Shown here one piece after another: positions 1-13,335 of a stretch of DNA of 64,000 nucleotides (position 1 is the stretch's first letter; every line of letters starts with the position of its first letter). Source of the stretch: Eledone cirrhosa. Its lineage: Eukaryota. A program made the translations under genes and the position numbers. The notes below the pieces were generated by a model. That model was not told the DNA's origin. It saw only the letters and a program-made list of their open reading frames with translations, and searched no databases. Where the stretch lies: assembly GCA_964016885.1 (NCBI GenBank), contig OZ024752.1, positions 42,284,001 through 42,348,000 on the forward strand, given 5' to 3'.

Positions 1-131
<131 letters not shown>

Positions 132-169
132 ATATATATAAACTTAAAGACAAAATTCTATTTAGTTTA

Positions 170-366
170 TATATATGATATTTACTCTCTCTCTCTATAT
201 ATATTATATATATATATATATTATATATATATTATATATTTATATTATATATATATTATATATTTATATTATATATATATTATATATATATTTATATATA
301 TATTATATATATATTATATATATATATTATATATTATACATATATATATTATATATATTATATATT

Positions 367-411
<45 letters not shown>

Positions 412-429
412 TATACATATATATATATT

Positions 430-468
<39 letters not shown>

Positions 469-497
469 TATACATATATATATATTATATATTATAC

Positions 498-528
<31 letters not shown>

Positions 529-1105
529 ATATATATTATATATTATACATATATATATATTATATATTATACATATATATATATATTATATATATATATA
601 TATATTATATATTATACATATATATATATATTATATATATATATTATATATTATACATATATATATATATATATTATATATATATATATATATTATATAT
701 TATACATATATATATATATATATTATATATATATATATTATATATATATATATTATATATATATATATTATATATTATACATATATATATATATTATATA
801 TATATTATATATTATATATATATATTATATATTATATATTATATATATATATTATATATATATATATATTATATATATATATATATTATATATTATACAT
901 ATATATATATTATATATTATACATATATATATATATTATACATATATATATATATTATATATATATTATATATTATATATATATATTATATATTATATAT
1001 ATATATTATATATATATATATATTATATATATATATATTATATATTATACATATATATATATTATATATTATACATATATATATATATTATATATATATA
1101 TATAT

Positions 1106-1148
<43 letters not shown>

Positions 1149-1208
1149 GGAAAAGAAATTGAAAATGCAACTGGAGTCTTTTAAGTATATATATATAATA
1201 ATACATAC

Positions 1209-1247
<39 letters not shown>

Positions 1248-1386
1248 GAACAGATTAAAGTTTAAGCAACCCTTAACGGGATCTTCGCATTTATTATTAC
1301 TATATATATATATACATATATATATGTGTGTGTGTGTATGTGTATATATATGTATATATATATATATATATATGTGTGTATATATG

Positions 1387-1419
<33 letters not shown>

Positions 1420-1480
1420 AGAGAGAGAGACCGTACATACACACACACACATACATTCACACACATACACACACACAAAT
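170..1480. repeat. Degenerate (TA)n/(TAT)n/(CA)n compound microsatellite
   Basis: Almost pure A/T low-complexity tract; explains the 446-aa IYIY ORF. Confidence 0.95.
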
Positions 1481-1783
1481 CTTTGCATGTCCCCCCCCCC
1501 CTTTTTTCTTTATAACGAAGACATTTCTATCTCCTTGGGTTTTGTTAGGCTATAAAGTACTTCAGCCTCAAAGCTATACTTAACCCTTAAACTCTGACTG
1601 AGATCTTTTGAATAACATACTGTTCATTGCCCTCAACGCCATAAGGACTGGTGCTTTACTTTCAAACAACATATCTTTCAGCATAATTACACCCACACAC
1701 ACACACACACACACGCCCACACCCACACCCACACGCACACACCCACATGCAAGCAAGCGCGCACGCACACACACACACACACA

Positions 1784-1883
1784 CAGGGTGTCCCCAAAAA
1801 TGTATACACGTTTTGATTTCTTATATAGGTTATATTTATTAGAATGTTGTTGAAGTGTGTATACATTTTTTGGGGACACCCTG
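1784..1883. mobile_element. 100-bp Tc1/mariner-like MITE
   Basis: Terminal inverted repeats CAGGGTGTCCCCAAAAATGTATACAC ... GTGTATACATTTTTTGGGGACACCCTG, inserted in CA/TA microsatellite. Confidence 0.7.
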
Positions 1884-1885
1884 TG

Positions 1886-1927
<42 letters not shown>

Positions 1928-1932
<5 letters not shown>

Positions 1933-2018
1933 GGCAAAGATAACCGCGGCGAGATTTGAACTCAGATCATAAAGAGCCGTAACTCTATGCTGCAAAGCAT
2001 GTTGTCTGACGCTCTACC

Positions 2019-2020
<2 letters not shown>
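1928..2020 (-). mobile_element. tRNA-derived SINE family 1, partial
   Basis: Reverse complement of the family-1 head with B-box (GAGTTCAAATC) and the GCCTTTCA motif. Confidence 0.8.
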
Positions 2021-2078
<58 letters not shown>

Positions 2079-2145
2079 AAAATAATTAAGTCAAATATGT
2101 AAAATTTGGCTTCGCTTATTATGAATTATAGAATTATAGATATAT

Positions 2146-2203
2146 ACTGCTATATATATTTCGGTGACAGCAGCCATCATTGGCTGTGACCTCTTCAGGC
2201 AGT
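2146..2203 (-). ncRNA. Minimal type-I hammerhead ribozyme motif
   Basis: Minus strand reads ACTGC-CTGAAGA-GGTCACAGCCAATGATGGCTGCTGTCACC-GAAA-TATATA-TA^GCAGT. Stem I ACTGC/GCAGT, stem II GGT..ACC plus CAGCCA/TGGCTG, palindromic stem III ATATATAT. Confidence 0.8.
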
Positions 2204-2317
2204 CCGAATTGGTGTGGGAAAGACAGGTACACATGTTGTTGAAGTGTGTTTTACTCCGTAAATACATTGATATGTCCAGCTCCTGGTTGTGTTGTTATTC
2301 TTCTGAGGAACTGGAAT

Positions 2318-2465
2318 CATCATCATCATCGTTTAACGTCCATCTTCCACGCTAGCATGGGTCTGGACGTGAATTGTCCCACTTGAGGCAAGATTGGTTG
2401 TCTTGCTCGTATAGGACTGTCTGGCGGGTTTTCTACGGCTGGATGCCCTTCCTAACACCAACCAC
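2318..2465 (-). mobile_element. 3' part of SINE family 2 ((GAT)n tail)
   Basis: CATCATCATCGTTTAACGTCC...GGATGCCCTTCCTAACACCAACC; same segment at 46683, 49127 and 55651. Confidence 0.75.
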
Positions 2466-3095
2466 AGTGGAATCGAACCTAGGATCTGAAGGCTAGGTTG
2501 GCCCTTATAAAGGTAGCAGGCACCTGGGACCTCCTGGGGCCAAAGATACCACCACACAGTGGAATAGAACCTAGGATCTGAAGGCTAGGTTGGCCCTTAT
2601 AAAGGTAGCAGGCACCTGGGACCTCCTGGGGCCAAAGATACCACCACACAGTGGAATAGAACCTAGGATCTGAAGGCTAGGTTGGCCCTTATAAAGGTAG
2701 CAGGCACCTGGGACCTCCTGGGGCCAAAGATACCACCACACAGTGGAATCCAACCTAGGATCTGAAGGCTAGGTTGGCCCTTATAAAGGTAGCAGGCACC
2801 TGGGACCCCTTGGTGCCAAAGATACCATCACACAGTGGAATCCAACCTAGGATCTCAAGACTAGGTTGGCCCTTATAAAGGTAGCAGGCACCTGGGACCC
2901 CTTGGTGCCAAAGATACCACCACACAGTGGAATCCAACCTAGGATCTCAAGGCTAGGTTGGCCCTTATAAAGGTAGCAGGCACCTGGGACCTCTTGGTGC
3001 CAAATATACCACCACACAGTAGAATGGGGCGAAGGATCTCAAGGTCTTAGCTAGGTTGACCCTTATATAGCAGGCACCTGGGATCTCTCGGTGTC
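2463..3095. repeat. 92-bp minisatellite, about 6.5 copies
   Basis: Unit CACAGTGGAAT..ACCTAGGATCTGAAGGCTAGGTTGGCCCTTATAAAGGTAGCAGGCACCTGGGAC... recurs at 2463, 2555, etc. Confidence 0.92.
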
Positions 3096-3180
3096 AAAAC
3101 AGTCTGATTCTAATTTGGGATTTTAGCTGAATATTGATAAAGAATGGACTGCTTTATCTATGTATTGTTTTAACTGAGGT

Positions 3181-3510
3181 GTAGAGGTAAATGGTGGGAT
3201 GGATAAGGTAGTGTGTGGGTAGAGGTAAATGGTGGGATGGATAAGGTAGTGTGTGGGTAGAGGTAAATGGTGGGGTGGATAAGGTAGTGTGTGGGTAGAG
3301 CTAAATGGTGGGGTGGATAAGGTAGTGTGTGGGTAGAGCTAAATGGTGGGGTGGATAAGGTAGTGTGTGGGTAGAGGTAAATGGTGGGGTGGATAAGGGA
3401 GTGTGTGGGTAGTGTGTGGGTAGAGGTAAATGGTGGTGTGGATAAGGTAGTGTGTGGGTAGAGGTGAATGGTGGGGTGGATAAGGTAGTGTGTGGGTAGA
3501 GGTAAATGGT
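3181..3510. repeat. 38-bp G-rich minisatellite
   Basis: Unit GTAGAGGTAAATGGTGGGGTGGATAAGGTAGTGTGTGG, about 8 copies. Confidence 0.92.
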
Positions 3511-3561
3511 TGTGACAATACAAAGACAGAGGATAACAAGTGAGTCTTTCGACTAAAACCA

Positions 3562-4040
3562 ACCGGCAGGAGACCCAGGGTAGCTAGTCCTCCTCGAGTA
3601 CGATGGTTGGATTGGATAACATTCATAAGTTGGACCGGTCTAGCTTGGTAATCCAGCCGGTTGCTTCTGACAGAACGCGCTGGAAGGTGTGTTTAAGGAC
3701 ACCCTGCCCCCACGACGACGACGAAGAAGAAGAAGAAGAAGAACGAGAAGAAGGAAAAAAGGAATAACGGGAAGGAGAAAAAGAAGGAAAAGAAGAAAAA
3801 GAAGGCGAAGAAGAAGAAAAAGGTGAAGAAAAAGAAGTTAAAGAAGAAAAAAAGGTGGAGAAGATGAAGAAGAACGAAGGAGAAGAATAACGAAGAAGAA
3901 AAAGTAGAACGAGAAGAAGAAGAAGGTGAAGAATAAGAAGAAAAAGGTGAAGAAAAAAAAGAAGGTAAAGAAGGTGACGAAGAAGGAGAAAAAGAAGAAG
4001 GAAAAGAAGAAGTTGAAGGAGAAGAAAGTGAGGATGGAAA
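3562..4040 (+). mobile_element. Degenerate RTE-like LINE 3' end with expanded (GAA)n purine tail
   Basis: 3562-3715 is homologous to 53380-53525 (GGCAGGAGACCCAG...TTGGATAACAT...GTTGCTTCTGACAG), which follows RTE ORF residues; followed by a GAA-rich tract. Confidence 0.6.
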
Positions 4041-4202
4041 GTAAAAATCGACCCAGTACTAGACTGATACTTAATTTCTTGACCCCGGAAGAATGAAAGG
4101 CAAAACTGACCTCTATGGGATTTGAACTCTGAACGCAATGAGTGACGGCGGCGGAGCAGTTTAATGTCAAGTGAGAGAATACCTCGTTAACTCTTTAGTA
4201 TT

Positions 4203-5900
4203 AACATTACTCTATATATACAATAGAATATATAGAGTAACATTAGATTACTCTATATATACAATAGAATATATAGAGTAACATTACATTACTCTATATA
4301 TACAATAGAATATATAGAGTAACATTACATTACTCTATATATACAATAGAATATATAGAGTAACATTGCATTACTCTATATATACAATAGAATATATAGA
4401 GTAACATTACATTACTCTATATATACAATAGAATATATAGAGTAACATTACATTACTCTATATATACAATAGAATATATAGAGTAACATTACATTACTCT
4501 ATATATACAATAGAATATATAGAGTAACATTACATTACTCTATATATACAATAGAATATATAGAGTAACATTACATTACTCTATATATACAATAGAATAT
4601 ATAGAGTAACATTACATTACTCTATATATACAATAGAATATATAGAGTAACATTAGATTACTCTATATATACAATAGAATATATAGAGTAACATTGCATT
4701 ACTCTATATATACAATAGAATATATAGAGTAACATTACATTACTCTATATATACAATAGAATATATAGAGTAACATTACATTACTCTATATATACAATAG
4801 AATATATAGAGTAACATTACATTACTCTATATATACAATAGAATATATAGAGTAACATTGCATTACTCTATATATACAATAGAATATATAGAGTAACATT
4901 GCATTACTCTATATATACAATAGAATATATAGAGTAACATTACATTACTCTATATATACAATAGAATATATAGAGTAACATTACATTACTCTATATATAC
5001 AATAGAATATATAGAGTAACATTACATTACTCTATATATACAATAGAATATATAGAGTAACATTACATTACTCTATATATACAATAGAATATATAGAGTA
5101 ACATTGCATTACTCTATATATACAATAGAATATATAGAGTAGCATTGCATTACTCTATATATACAATAGAATATATAGAGTAACATTACATTACTCTATA
5201 TATACAATAGAATATATAGAGTAACATTACATTACTCTATATATACAATAGAATATACAGAGTAACATTGCATTACTCTATATATACAATAGAATATATA
5301 GAGTAACATTGCATTACTCTATATATACAATAGAATATATAGAGTAACATTGCATTACTCTATATATACAATAGAATATATAGAGTAACATTGCATTACT
5401 CTATATATACAATAGAATATATAGAGTAACATTACATTACTCTATATATACAATAGAATATATAGAGTAACATTACATTACTCTATATATACAATAGAAT
5501 ATATAGAGTAACATTACATTACTCTATATATACAATAGAATATATAGAGTAACATTGCATTACTCTATATATACAATAGAATATATAGAGTAACATTGCA
5601 TTACTCTATATATACAATAGAATATATAGAGTAACATTACATTACTCTATATATACAATAGAATATATAGAGTAACATTGCATTACTCTATATATACAAT
5701 AGAATATATAGAGTAACATTGCATTACTCTATATATACAATAGAATATATAGAGTAACATTACATTACTCTATATATACAATAGAATATATAGAGTAACA
5801 TTACATTACTCTATATATACAATAGAATATATAGAGTAACATTACATTACTCTATATATACAATAGAATATATAGAGTAACATTGCATTACTCTATATAT
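4203..5900. repeat. 41-bp hairpin satellite, about 41 copies
   Basis: Unit TACTCTATATATACAATAGAATATATAGAGTAACATTACAT contains the 13-bp inverted repeat TTACTCTATATAT/ATATATAGAGTAA. Confidence 0.95.
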
Positions 5901-6131
5901 ACTATTGTATTTTTGTGGTAAAGCTTTTATCTTACATAATTATCTCATATAAAATTGAATCTACAAGATTTTGATTGTATTTATTTTGAGAATAATATCT
6001 TAATGTAGGTATAAGAATTCTGGCAGGATATGGTTGGTTTAAATCCTTAATCCTTAGGGTTAACATTACTCTCTATATATACCATTGTATTTTTGTGGTA
6101 AAGGCTTTATCTTACATAATTTTCTCACATA

Positions 6132-6518
6132 ATAATTGTTTCTACTTTAGGCACAAGGCCAGCAATTACCCAGTGCATTACTGGTACTTTATTTTATCGA
6201 CCCCGTAAGGATGAAAGGCAAAGTCAACCTCGGCGGGATTTGAACTCGGATCGTAAAGGGACGTAACTATGCTGGAAAGCATGGCGTCCGACTCTCTACC
6301 GATACTGCCAATCCACCGCCCTCACATAATAATTGTTTCTACTTTAGGCACAAGGCCAGCAATTACCCAGTGCATTACTGGTACTTTATTTTATCGACCC
6401 CGTAAGGATGAAAGGCAAAGTCAACCTCGGCGGGATTTGAACTCGGATCGTAAAGGGACGTAACTATTCTGGAAAGCATGGCGTCCGACTCTCTACCGAT
6501 GCTGCCAATCCACCGCCC
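6132..6518 (-). mobile_element. Two tandem copies of SINE family 1
   Basis: Two ~197-bp copies bounded by CTCACATAAT repeats; A-box TGGCAGTATCGG and B-box GAGTTCAAATCC on the - strand. Confidence 0.85.
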
Positions 6519-6844
6519 TCACATAATAATGAATCTACGAGATTGTTATGTTATTTATTTTGAGAAAAATACCTGAACATCAGTATGAGGGGCCAGCCAG
6601 CCAGTTACAGCCGGTTTGAACAGAAAGAGACGAGAGAATTCTGGCCAAATATGGCTGGTTTAAATGCTAAAGGGTTAACATTTATCAGATCTGTCTGGAA
6701 GCTCGAACCGCATCACGTTGGAGCCCATTGCCCAGGATTCATGAAATGGAAAGTCTGCTGTTTAAAGAATGCTATGTCTAGTATATTAAGCTAAGCTCTA
6801 CAATCTGTATCCAGGCGTCCACGGTCTTATCTATCATTTTATTG

Positions 6845-6869
6845 CTTTATGTGTATATGTGTGTGTGTA

Positions 6870-6918
<49 letters not shown>

Positions 6919-6980
6919 ACGTTATGCAAAGTTGTATGGAAGTTTGCGCGTTATACACATCTCTCTCTACACACACACAC

Positions 6981-7035
<55 letters not shown>

Positions 7036-7130
7036 CTTTCTCTATCTCTCTATCTCTATATATATATCTCTCTCTATATATCTCTCTCTCTATATATATA
7101 TCTATATATATATATCTATCTATATATATC

Positions 7131-7164
<34 letters not shown>

Positions 7165-7220
7165 TACACACATACACATATATATATATATATACATATA
7201 TACATACAAACACACGCGCA

Positions 7221-7262
<42 letters not shown>

Positions 7263-7447
7263 TATATATATATATATATGTGTATGTATGTGTGTGTGTG
7301 TGTGTATGTATATGTGTGTGTGTGTGTGTATGTATATATGTGTGTGTGTGTGTATATATATATATATGTGTGTGTGTGTATATATATATGTGTGTGTGTG
7401 TATATATATATATGTGTGTGTGTATATATATATATGTGTGTGTGTGT
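6845..7447. repeat. Compound (TG)n/(CA)n/(TA)n microsatellite
   Basis: Dinucleotide runs only. Confidence 0.95.
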
Positions 7448-7648
7448 ATCAGTCCGTAAAAAGTGTATGTTGAAATACAGAAAAGATATATCTATATCAG
7501 ATTGCAAAACATGAAAACATTGTAGAGATTGGTGAAGTGACTTATGGTGGTAGTAGGAGGAGAGTGGGGGTGGTAGTAGGGGGTGGGGTGGGTGGGGGTG
7601 GGGGGCTATATATATAACTTCGTCAACATATAAATATATATACATAAT

Positions 7649-8003
7649 ATATACGATATTAAACAAATGGAAACTATATTTATAAAACCATATTTATTTC
7701 ATTATACATATTTCAGGGATACCATATTAAAAATATGGCATGCCTTCTTCAGATAAAATACAATATATAAGCAGTTTTATAAATAAATTTGACGTACCAT
7801 AAAATATTGATCAACTTCCATTCAAAAAAGTTGGTTTGGTATATGGTATCCCTGAAATATGTATAATGAAATAAATATGGTTTTATAAATATAGTTTCCA
7901 TTTGTTTAATATCGTATATCTACTCCAAAACTTGTTGAGTGCTTTATATCAGTTATAAAATATTTACTCGTTGTAACCCAACAATTTTAAATAAAACTTT
8001 TGC
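7649..8003. mobile_element. (TA)n-flanked hammerhead element family A, inverted + direct arrangement
   Basis: 7649-7727 is the reverse complement of 7841-7918; same family at 8040-8250, 38375-38685, 39455-39640 and 54880-55348. Confidence 0.75.
7695..7760 (-). ncRNA. Minimal type-I hammerhead ribozyme motif (family A)
   Basis: TATTTTAT-CTGAAGA-AGGCATGCCATATTTTTAATATGGTATCCCT-GAAA-TATGTA-TA^ATGAAATA; long stem II, 8-bp stem I with one G-U pair. Confidence 0.8.
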
Positions 8004-8080
8004 ATATATATAATATATATATATATATATATAATATATACGATATTAATAAATGGAAACTATATTTATAAAACCATATT

Positions 8081-8145
8081 TATTTCATTATACATATTTC
8101 AAGGATACCATGTTAAATTATGGTATGCCTTCATCAGATAAAATA
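8081..8145 (-). ncRNA. Minimal type-I hammerhead ribozyme motif (family A)
   Basis: TATTTTAT-CTGATGA-AGGCATACCATAATTTAACATGGTATCCTT-GAAA-TATGTA-TA^ATGAAATA. Confidence 0.8.
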
Positions 8146-8248
8146 CAATATATACCAGTTTTATAAATAAACATACTTGTCGAGTGCTTTATATCAGTTA
8201 TAAAAATATTTGCTTGTTGTATCCCAACAATTTAAATAGAACTTTTGC

Positions 8249-8289
<41 letters not shown>

Positions 8290-8800
8290 ATAATAAAATA
8301 TCAGGAGGCTGGACTGGTGTAATTCCTTAAAAGGTTTATTGTGGATTGGCAGTATCGGTAGAGGGTCGGACGCCATGCTTTCCAGCATAGTTACGTCCCT
8401 TTACGATCTGAGTTCAAATCCCGCCGAGGTTGACTTTGCCTTTCATCCTTACGGGGGTCGATAAAATAAAGTACCAGTAATGCACTGGGTCATTGCTGGC
8501 CTTGAGCCTAAAAGGAGAAACAATTATATATACTATGATCATTTCAATGACCGGGTTTCAGTATGAATCCGGTGACATCATCAGGTATTCGAAATTTAAC
8601 AAAGGAATATAATAGTCAAAATCCATGGTGCTGAAAAGGCAGAGAGACGAGAAGGCGGTCACACATTTAGCAGTTTCTAGTTCAGTCGGCCGGAAGACGA
8701 GAGAGTTGCATCACGTCGAGTGCTCTCCCTAATACTACACCGTGGTTGACCACACGGAATGACCAGTTCTATCCAGTGGTGAACCAACAAACCTAAATTT
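8290..8800 (-). mobile_element. (TA)n-flanked repeat homologous to 19020-19440, interrupted by a family-1 SINE (8341-8527, +)
   Basis: Segments CAGGAGGCTGG..AAGGTTTATT|ATACTATGATCATTTCAATGACCGGG are contiguous in the 19 kb copy but split by the SINE here. Confidence 0.65.
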
Positions 8801-8851
8801 ATATATATATATGTATGCATATATATATATATATGTAAGTATGTATATATG

Positions 8852-9030
8852 TATCTATCTAAGGCGGGTAAAATTCCCGAGATCCATGGACGAGTTCTCT
8901 CCAGCGGTCTCTGTCCCTCATTATCGCTGCCATGTCCTGCGTCTCCAACAGACCAGTGTCTGTCCTGAGGGCATCAACATACGTTAACCTTGGTCTTCCT
9001 CTTCTAGTGTGTCCATGTAGGGGCTCCCAA
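8852..9030 (-). mobile_element. RTE-clade LINE 3' fragment
   Basis: Near-identical reverse complement of 62620-62795 (WEPLHGHTRRGRPRLTYVD...), with a (TAGA)n tail. Confidence 0.85.
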
Positions 9031-9109
9031 AGCTTCGACGGCTATTTCTGGAGTCCAGAAATAGTCGTCGAAACGGCTTGAGCTCTGCCGTCGGGGTCAT
9101 ACTTTTTCT

Positions 9110-9142
<33 letters not shown>

Positions 9143-9208
9143 GGTGTTCCCCCAACATTCAAACACTGATTGAACACTCGATGCTGGTATGTAGAGTGTA
9201 AATTAGAC

Positions 9209-9249
<41 letters not shown>

Positions 9250-9252
9250 ACG

Positions 9253-9284
<32 letters not shown>

Positions 9285-9717
9285 CATATAATAATACAAG
9301 GACGAGTGGTTACTACTACATTACGTTCATTGGTTGGTGACGCGCGTTTCGCTATTGATCAGCTCAAGGTTCCATCTGTATCGATCTAGCCCGACTCTGG
9401 AATCAAAAGGTCGTCGAACCTCTGTAGTAATGACAGAATATATATATATATATATAATAGAATAATCGAGTATCGGAAAATCAGCTCACGAATTAACGAT
9501 AAACAAATACGACATGAGTGGCAGAGGGCTCAATAATTCAGATAAATCAGAGCTATAACTATCGTTAAAATACCAACACACAAAGATTATGCCTAAAATC
9601 ACCCATGCAGCCGAAAAAGAACGACCAGGAAGATTCGGGTCACTCAAATAAAATATCAATAAATCAATAATTTATATGAATGTAAAAAACTTACCCGGAC
9701 CCACTAGAAAGGTGGTA

Positions 9718-9754
<37 letters not shown>

Positions 9755-9837
9755 ATATGTATATATGTATATATATATATCATAGATAGATAGATGTCTT
9801 ATTTATCGCTGCTGGCGTTTGGTCTATAAGACACGCT

Positions 9838-10832
9838 TCCCCTCTCTCTCTTCCTCTCTCCCCCCCCTCTCATCATCTCTCTCTCTCCCTCATCATCTCT
9901 CTCTCTCATCCAACTCCTCTGTCACCCCTCTCTCTCCCCTCTCCCTCTATCTCCCTCTCTCTCGCCCTACCCCCTCTCTCTCCCCTCTCCCTCTATCTCC
10001 CTCTCTCTCGCCCTACCCCCCTCTCTCTCTGTCCTCCGCTGCTGCTGAAGACAAGAGAGAAGAAATTCTGCCATTGAAAAAGCTATCCATCCAACCACAC
10101 AGCCAGCCACCCATCCAGCCGGCCAGCCAACCATCCGACCACCTAACCAGCCAACCAACGATCCACTCAACCAGCCATCCACTCAACCAGCCACCCATCC
10201 AGCCTGCCAGCCAACCATCCAACCAACCACTTAACCAGCCAACCAACCATCCACTCAACCAACCATCCACTCAACCAGCCACCCATCCAGCCGGCCAGCC
10301 AACTATCCGACCACCTGACCAGCCAACCAACGATCCACCCAACCAGCCGGCCAGCCAACCACCTAACCAGCCAACCAACGATCCACCCAACCAGCCATCC
10401 AACCAACCACTCAACCAGCCACCCAACCAGCCGGCCAGCCAACCACCAAACCAGCCAACCAACCATCCACTCAACCAGCCAACCAACCATCCACTCAACC
10501 AGCCACCCACTCAACCAGCCATCCAACCAATCACTAACCAGCCAGCCAACCATCCACTCAACCAGCCGGCCAGCCAACCATCCACTCAACCAGCCGGCCA
10601 GCCAACCACCTAACCAGCCAACCAACCACTCAACCAGCCATCCAACCAACCACTCAACCAGCCACCCACTCAACCAGCCATCCAACCAGCCACCCAACCA
10701 GCCGGCCAGCCAACCACCTAACCAGCCAACCAACCACCCACTCAACCAGCCATCCAACCAACCACCCAACCAGCCGGCCAGGCAACCACCAAACCAAACC
10801 AGCCAGCCAGCCAACCAGTCAGTTGACCAGCC
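9838..10832. repeat. CT-rich tract followed by (CCAA/CCAG/CCAT) tetranucleotide compound repeat
   Basis: Low-complexity tetramer mosaic; explains the QP-rich and GWL-rich ORFs. Confidence 0.9.
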
Positions 10833-11110
10833 AACTTTTCAGTGGGGCCAGTCTTCGAGTCTGTCTGATGTTCCTCTGATACTATTTTTCGTTTGTTCCT
10901 TGTTTCAGAAGATATGGGAAATCTTGGTGAGCACACTTCTCAACAGAGTGGAACAGTCTGTGTCTCGTAGACAACAACTGGCACTAGTTTTTTTTTTTTT
11001 TTTTTTTTTTTTTACAACTAATTCTTTGGCTGGCTCGTCCTCAATAACAAGTTAGTTATGAATAGGTAGCTATTGTCTTTGAAGAAAAGCCTAAATGTAT
11101 GAGATAATAA

Positions 11111-11172
<62 letters not shown>

Positions 11173-11351
11173 TCAGAGGCGCACACACATACACACACTC
11201 AGAGGCGCGCGTACACTCACACACAGACACAGAGGCGCACGCACTCATTTCTCTCTATATATCTATCTATCTCTATCTCTGTCTCTCTCTCTCTCACACA
11301 TATACTCTCTCTCTCTCTATCTACCTATCTATCTATCTCTCACACACACAT

Positions 11352-11388
<37 letters not shown>

Positions 11389-11403
11389 CTCTCACACACA
11401 CAT

Positions 11404-11442
<39 letters not shown>

Positions 11443-11461
11443 CTCTCACGCACATACTCTA

Positions 11462-11498
<37 letters not shown>

Positions 11499-11771
11499 CT
11501 CTCACGCACATACTCTCTCTATCTCTCTCACACACACACACTCCCTCTCTCTCTATCTATCTATCTATCTCTCACGCACATACTCTCTCTCTATCTATCT
11601 ATCTCACATACACACACATACTCTCTCTCTCTACCTATCTATCTATCTCTCACGTACATTCTCTCTCTATCTATCTATCTCTTTTCTCAATCTTTTTCTA
11701 TCCATCTCTATCTCTATCTTTCGTTGTCTCTTTTCAATATGTCTGTCTTTCCTGGCTTCTATCTCCCCTCT

Positions 11772-11823
<52 letters not shown>

Positions 11824-12206
11824 GTAAATCCTTTCTTCTGTCGTCAAAAGCCATTAACTTGCAGACCCCTGCAAGCGGAATTTGTCGATCTTAGATTTGC
11901 AGAAACCTAGCGCTGATGTTGTGTGCTGTATGTGATGTATATCGTATGCTATACGATATGCATTATATGTTGCATTCGGTCTCAGCGTTATGTCCAGGTT
12001 AGTCTAAAATCTTTTCCTGAGTCCAACCATTTTCGTTGCTGTGGTAATGCGGCTGGACTGCCGGCCGCCATATTTGATTTGCTAAGCTGTCTAAACGTAT
12101 TGTTATTACTCTGGGGTACTATCCCCATCCGAGTGCTAAAGCTACATACCGAATTTGCATTCGTTAGCTTGGCCGCAAACTAAAGCTTCGTTAATGCTGT
12201 ACTAAA

Positions 12207-12259
<53 letters not shown>

Positions 12260-12266
<7 letters not shown>

Positions 12267-12509
12267 ATACTTTGGGAGGGTCATGTTGCCAATATAAACA
12301 ACTATCTGGTTGTGGAACCAACCAACCAACCAGAAATTTATAAGTTTGTAGATTTGTAAATTTATAAATTTATAAATATATAATAAATTGAAGTGAAAGC
12401 AACTGATGCGTGTGTTTCTTATTGGCAACATGACCCTCCCAAAGTATAACAATATCGGTTTCAACACACGATTTCAGATAAAGAATCTTGCTAAACAAAT
12501 TCAGAAACG

Positions 12510-12561
<52 letters not shown>

Positions 12562-12732
12562 CTTTCACCGTATTTTTGACTAAAGGAATTTTAGCCTGAT
12601 AATGGGGTTTAGAACCCTCAGATAAATGGAAAAAGATGAGTATTGACGTACATCTTTTTCCATTTATCTGAGGGTTCTAAACCCCATTATCAGGCTAAAA
12701 TTCCTTTAGTCAAAAATACGGTGAAAGCTATA
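12260..12732. repeat. Two (TA)n-flanked inverted duplications
   Basis: 12260-12293 is inverted at 12421-12454; 12561-12638 is inverted at 12651-12728. Confidence 0.8.
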
Positions 12733-12775
12733 TATTTTCTAATTTCAAACCTGCTCACTGTTTCAAAACATACTT

Positions 12776-12833
<58 letters not shown>

Positions 12834-12914
12834 TATAGGTAGGTAGGTAGGAGTCGATATATACCATATGGACTATATATTTTTGACACAGTATTTGAAA
12901 TTTAGTTCATGAAT

Positions 12915-13335
12915 CCTCAGTCTAACTTTGCGGACCTCCAGATCTAATTTGCGGCCTTCCAGGTCTAACTTTGCGCACCTTTAGATCTAACTTAAGAGAC
13001 CACCAGATCTAATTTTGCAGACCACCAGATCTAACTTTGAAGACCACCAGATCTAATTTTGCAGACCACCAGATCTAACTTTGCAGACCACCAGATCTAA
13101 TTTTGCAGACCACCAGATCTAATTTTGCAGACCACCAGATCTAACTTTGCAGACCACCAGATCTAACTTTCTGGACCTCCAGATCTAACTTTACAGACCA
13201 CCAGTTCTAACTTTACAGACCACAAGATCTAACTTTACAGACCACAAGATCAAACTTTCTGGACCTCCAGATCTAACTTTACAGACCTCCAGACCTAACT
13301 TTGCAGTCCACCAGATTTAACTTTGTGCACCTCTA
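12915..13335. repeat. 22-bp minisatellite
   Basis: Unit CCAGATCTAACTTTGCAGACCA, about 19 copies. Confidence 0.9.

Larger units (their letters stand above)
4185..6678 (+). mobile_element. piggyBac-like MITE(s) hosting a satellite and a SINE dimer
   Basis: Starts TTAA-CTCTTTAG.., ends TAAATGCTAAAGGG-TTAA; internal sequence matches the other copies (15053, 16155, 17498, 44646, 52253, 60089). Confidence 0.65.

Noticed and set aside
175-1515. 446-aa ORF and similar IY/VC/HT-rich ORFs (6842, 18570, 27251, 37273, 50423-51845)
   Set aside because: Translations of dinucleotide microsatellites that happen to lack stops; no protein-like composition.
9819-10814. QP-rich (+) and GWL-rich (-) ORFs
   Set aside because: Open in several frames on both strands because of a CCAA/CCAG tetramer mosaic; no support for coding.
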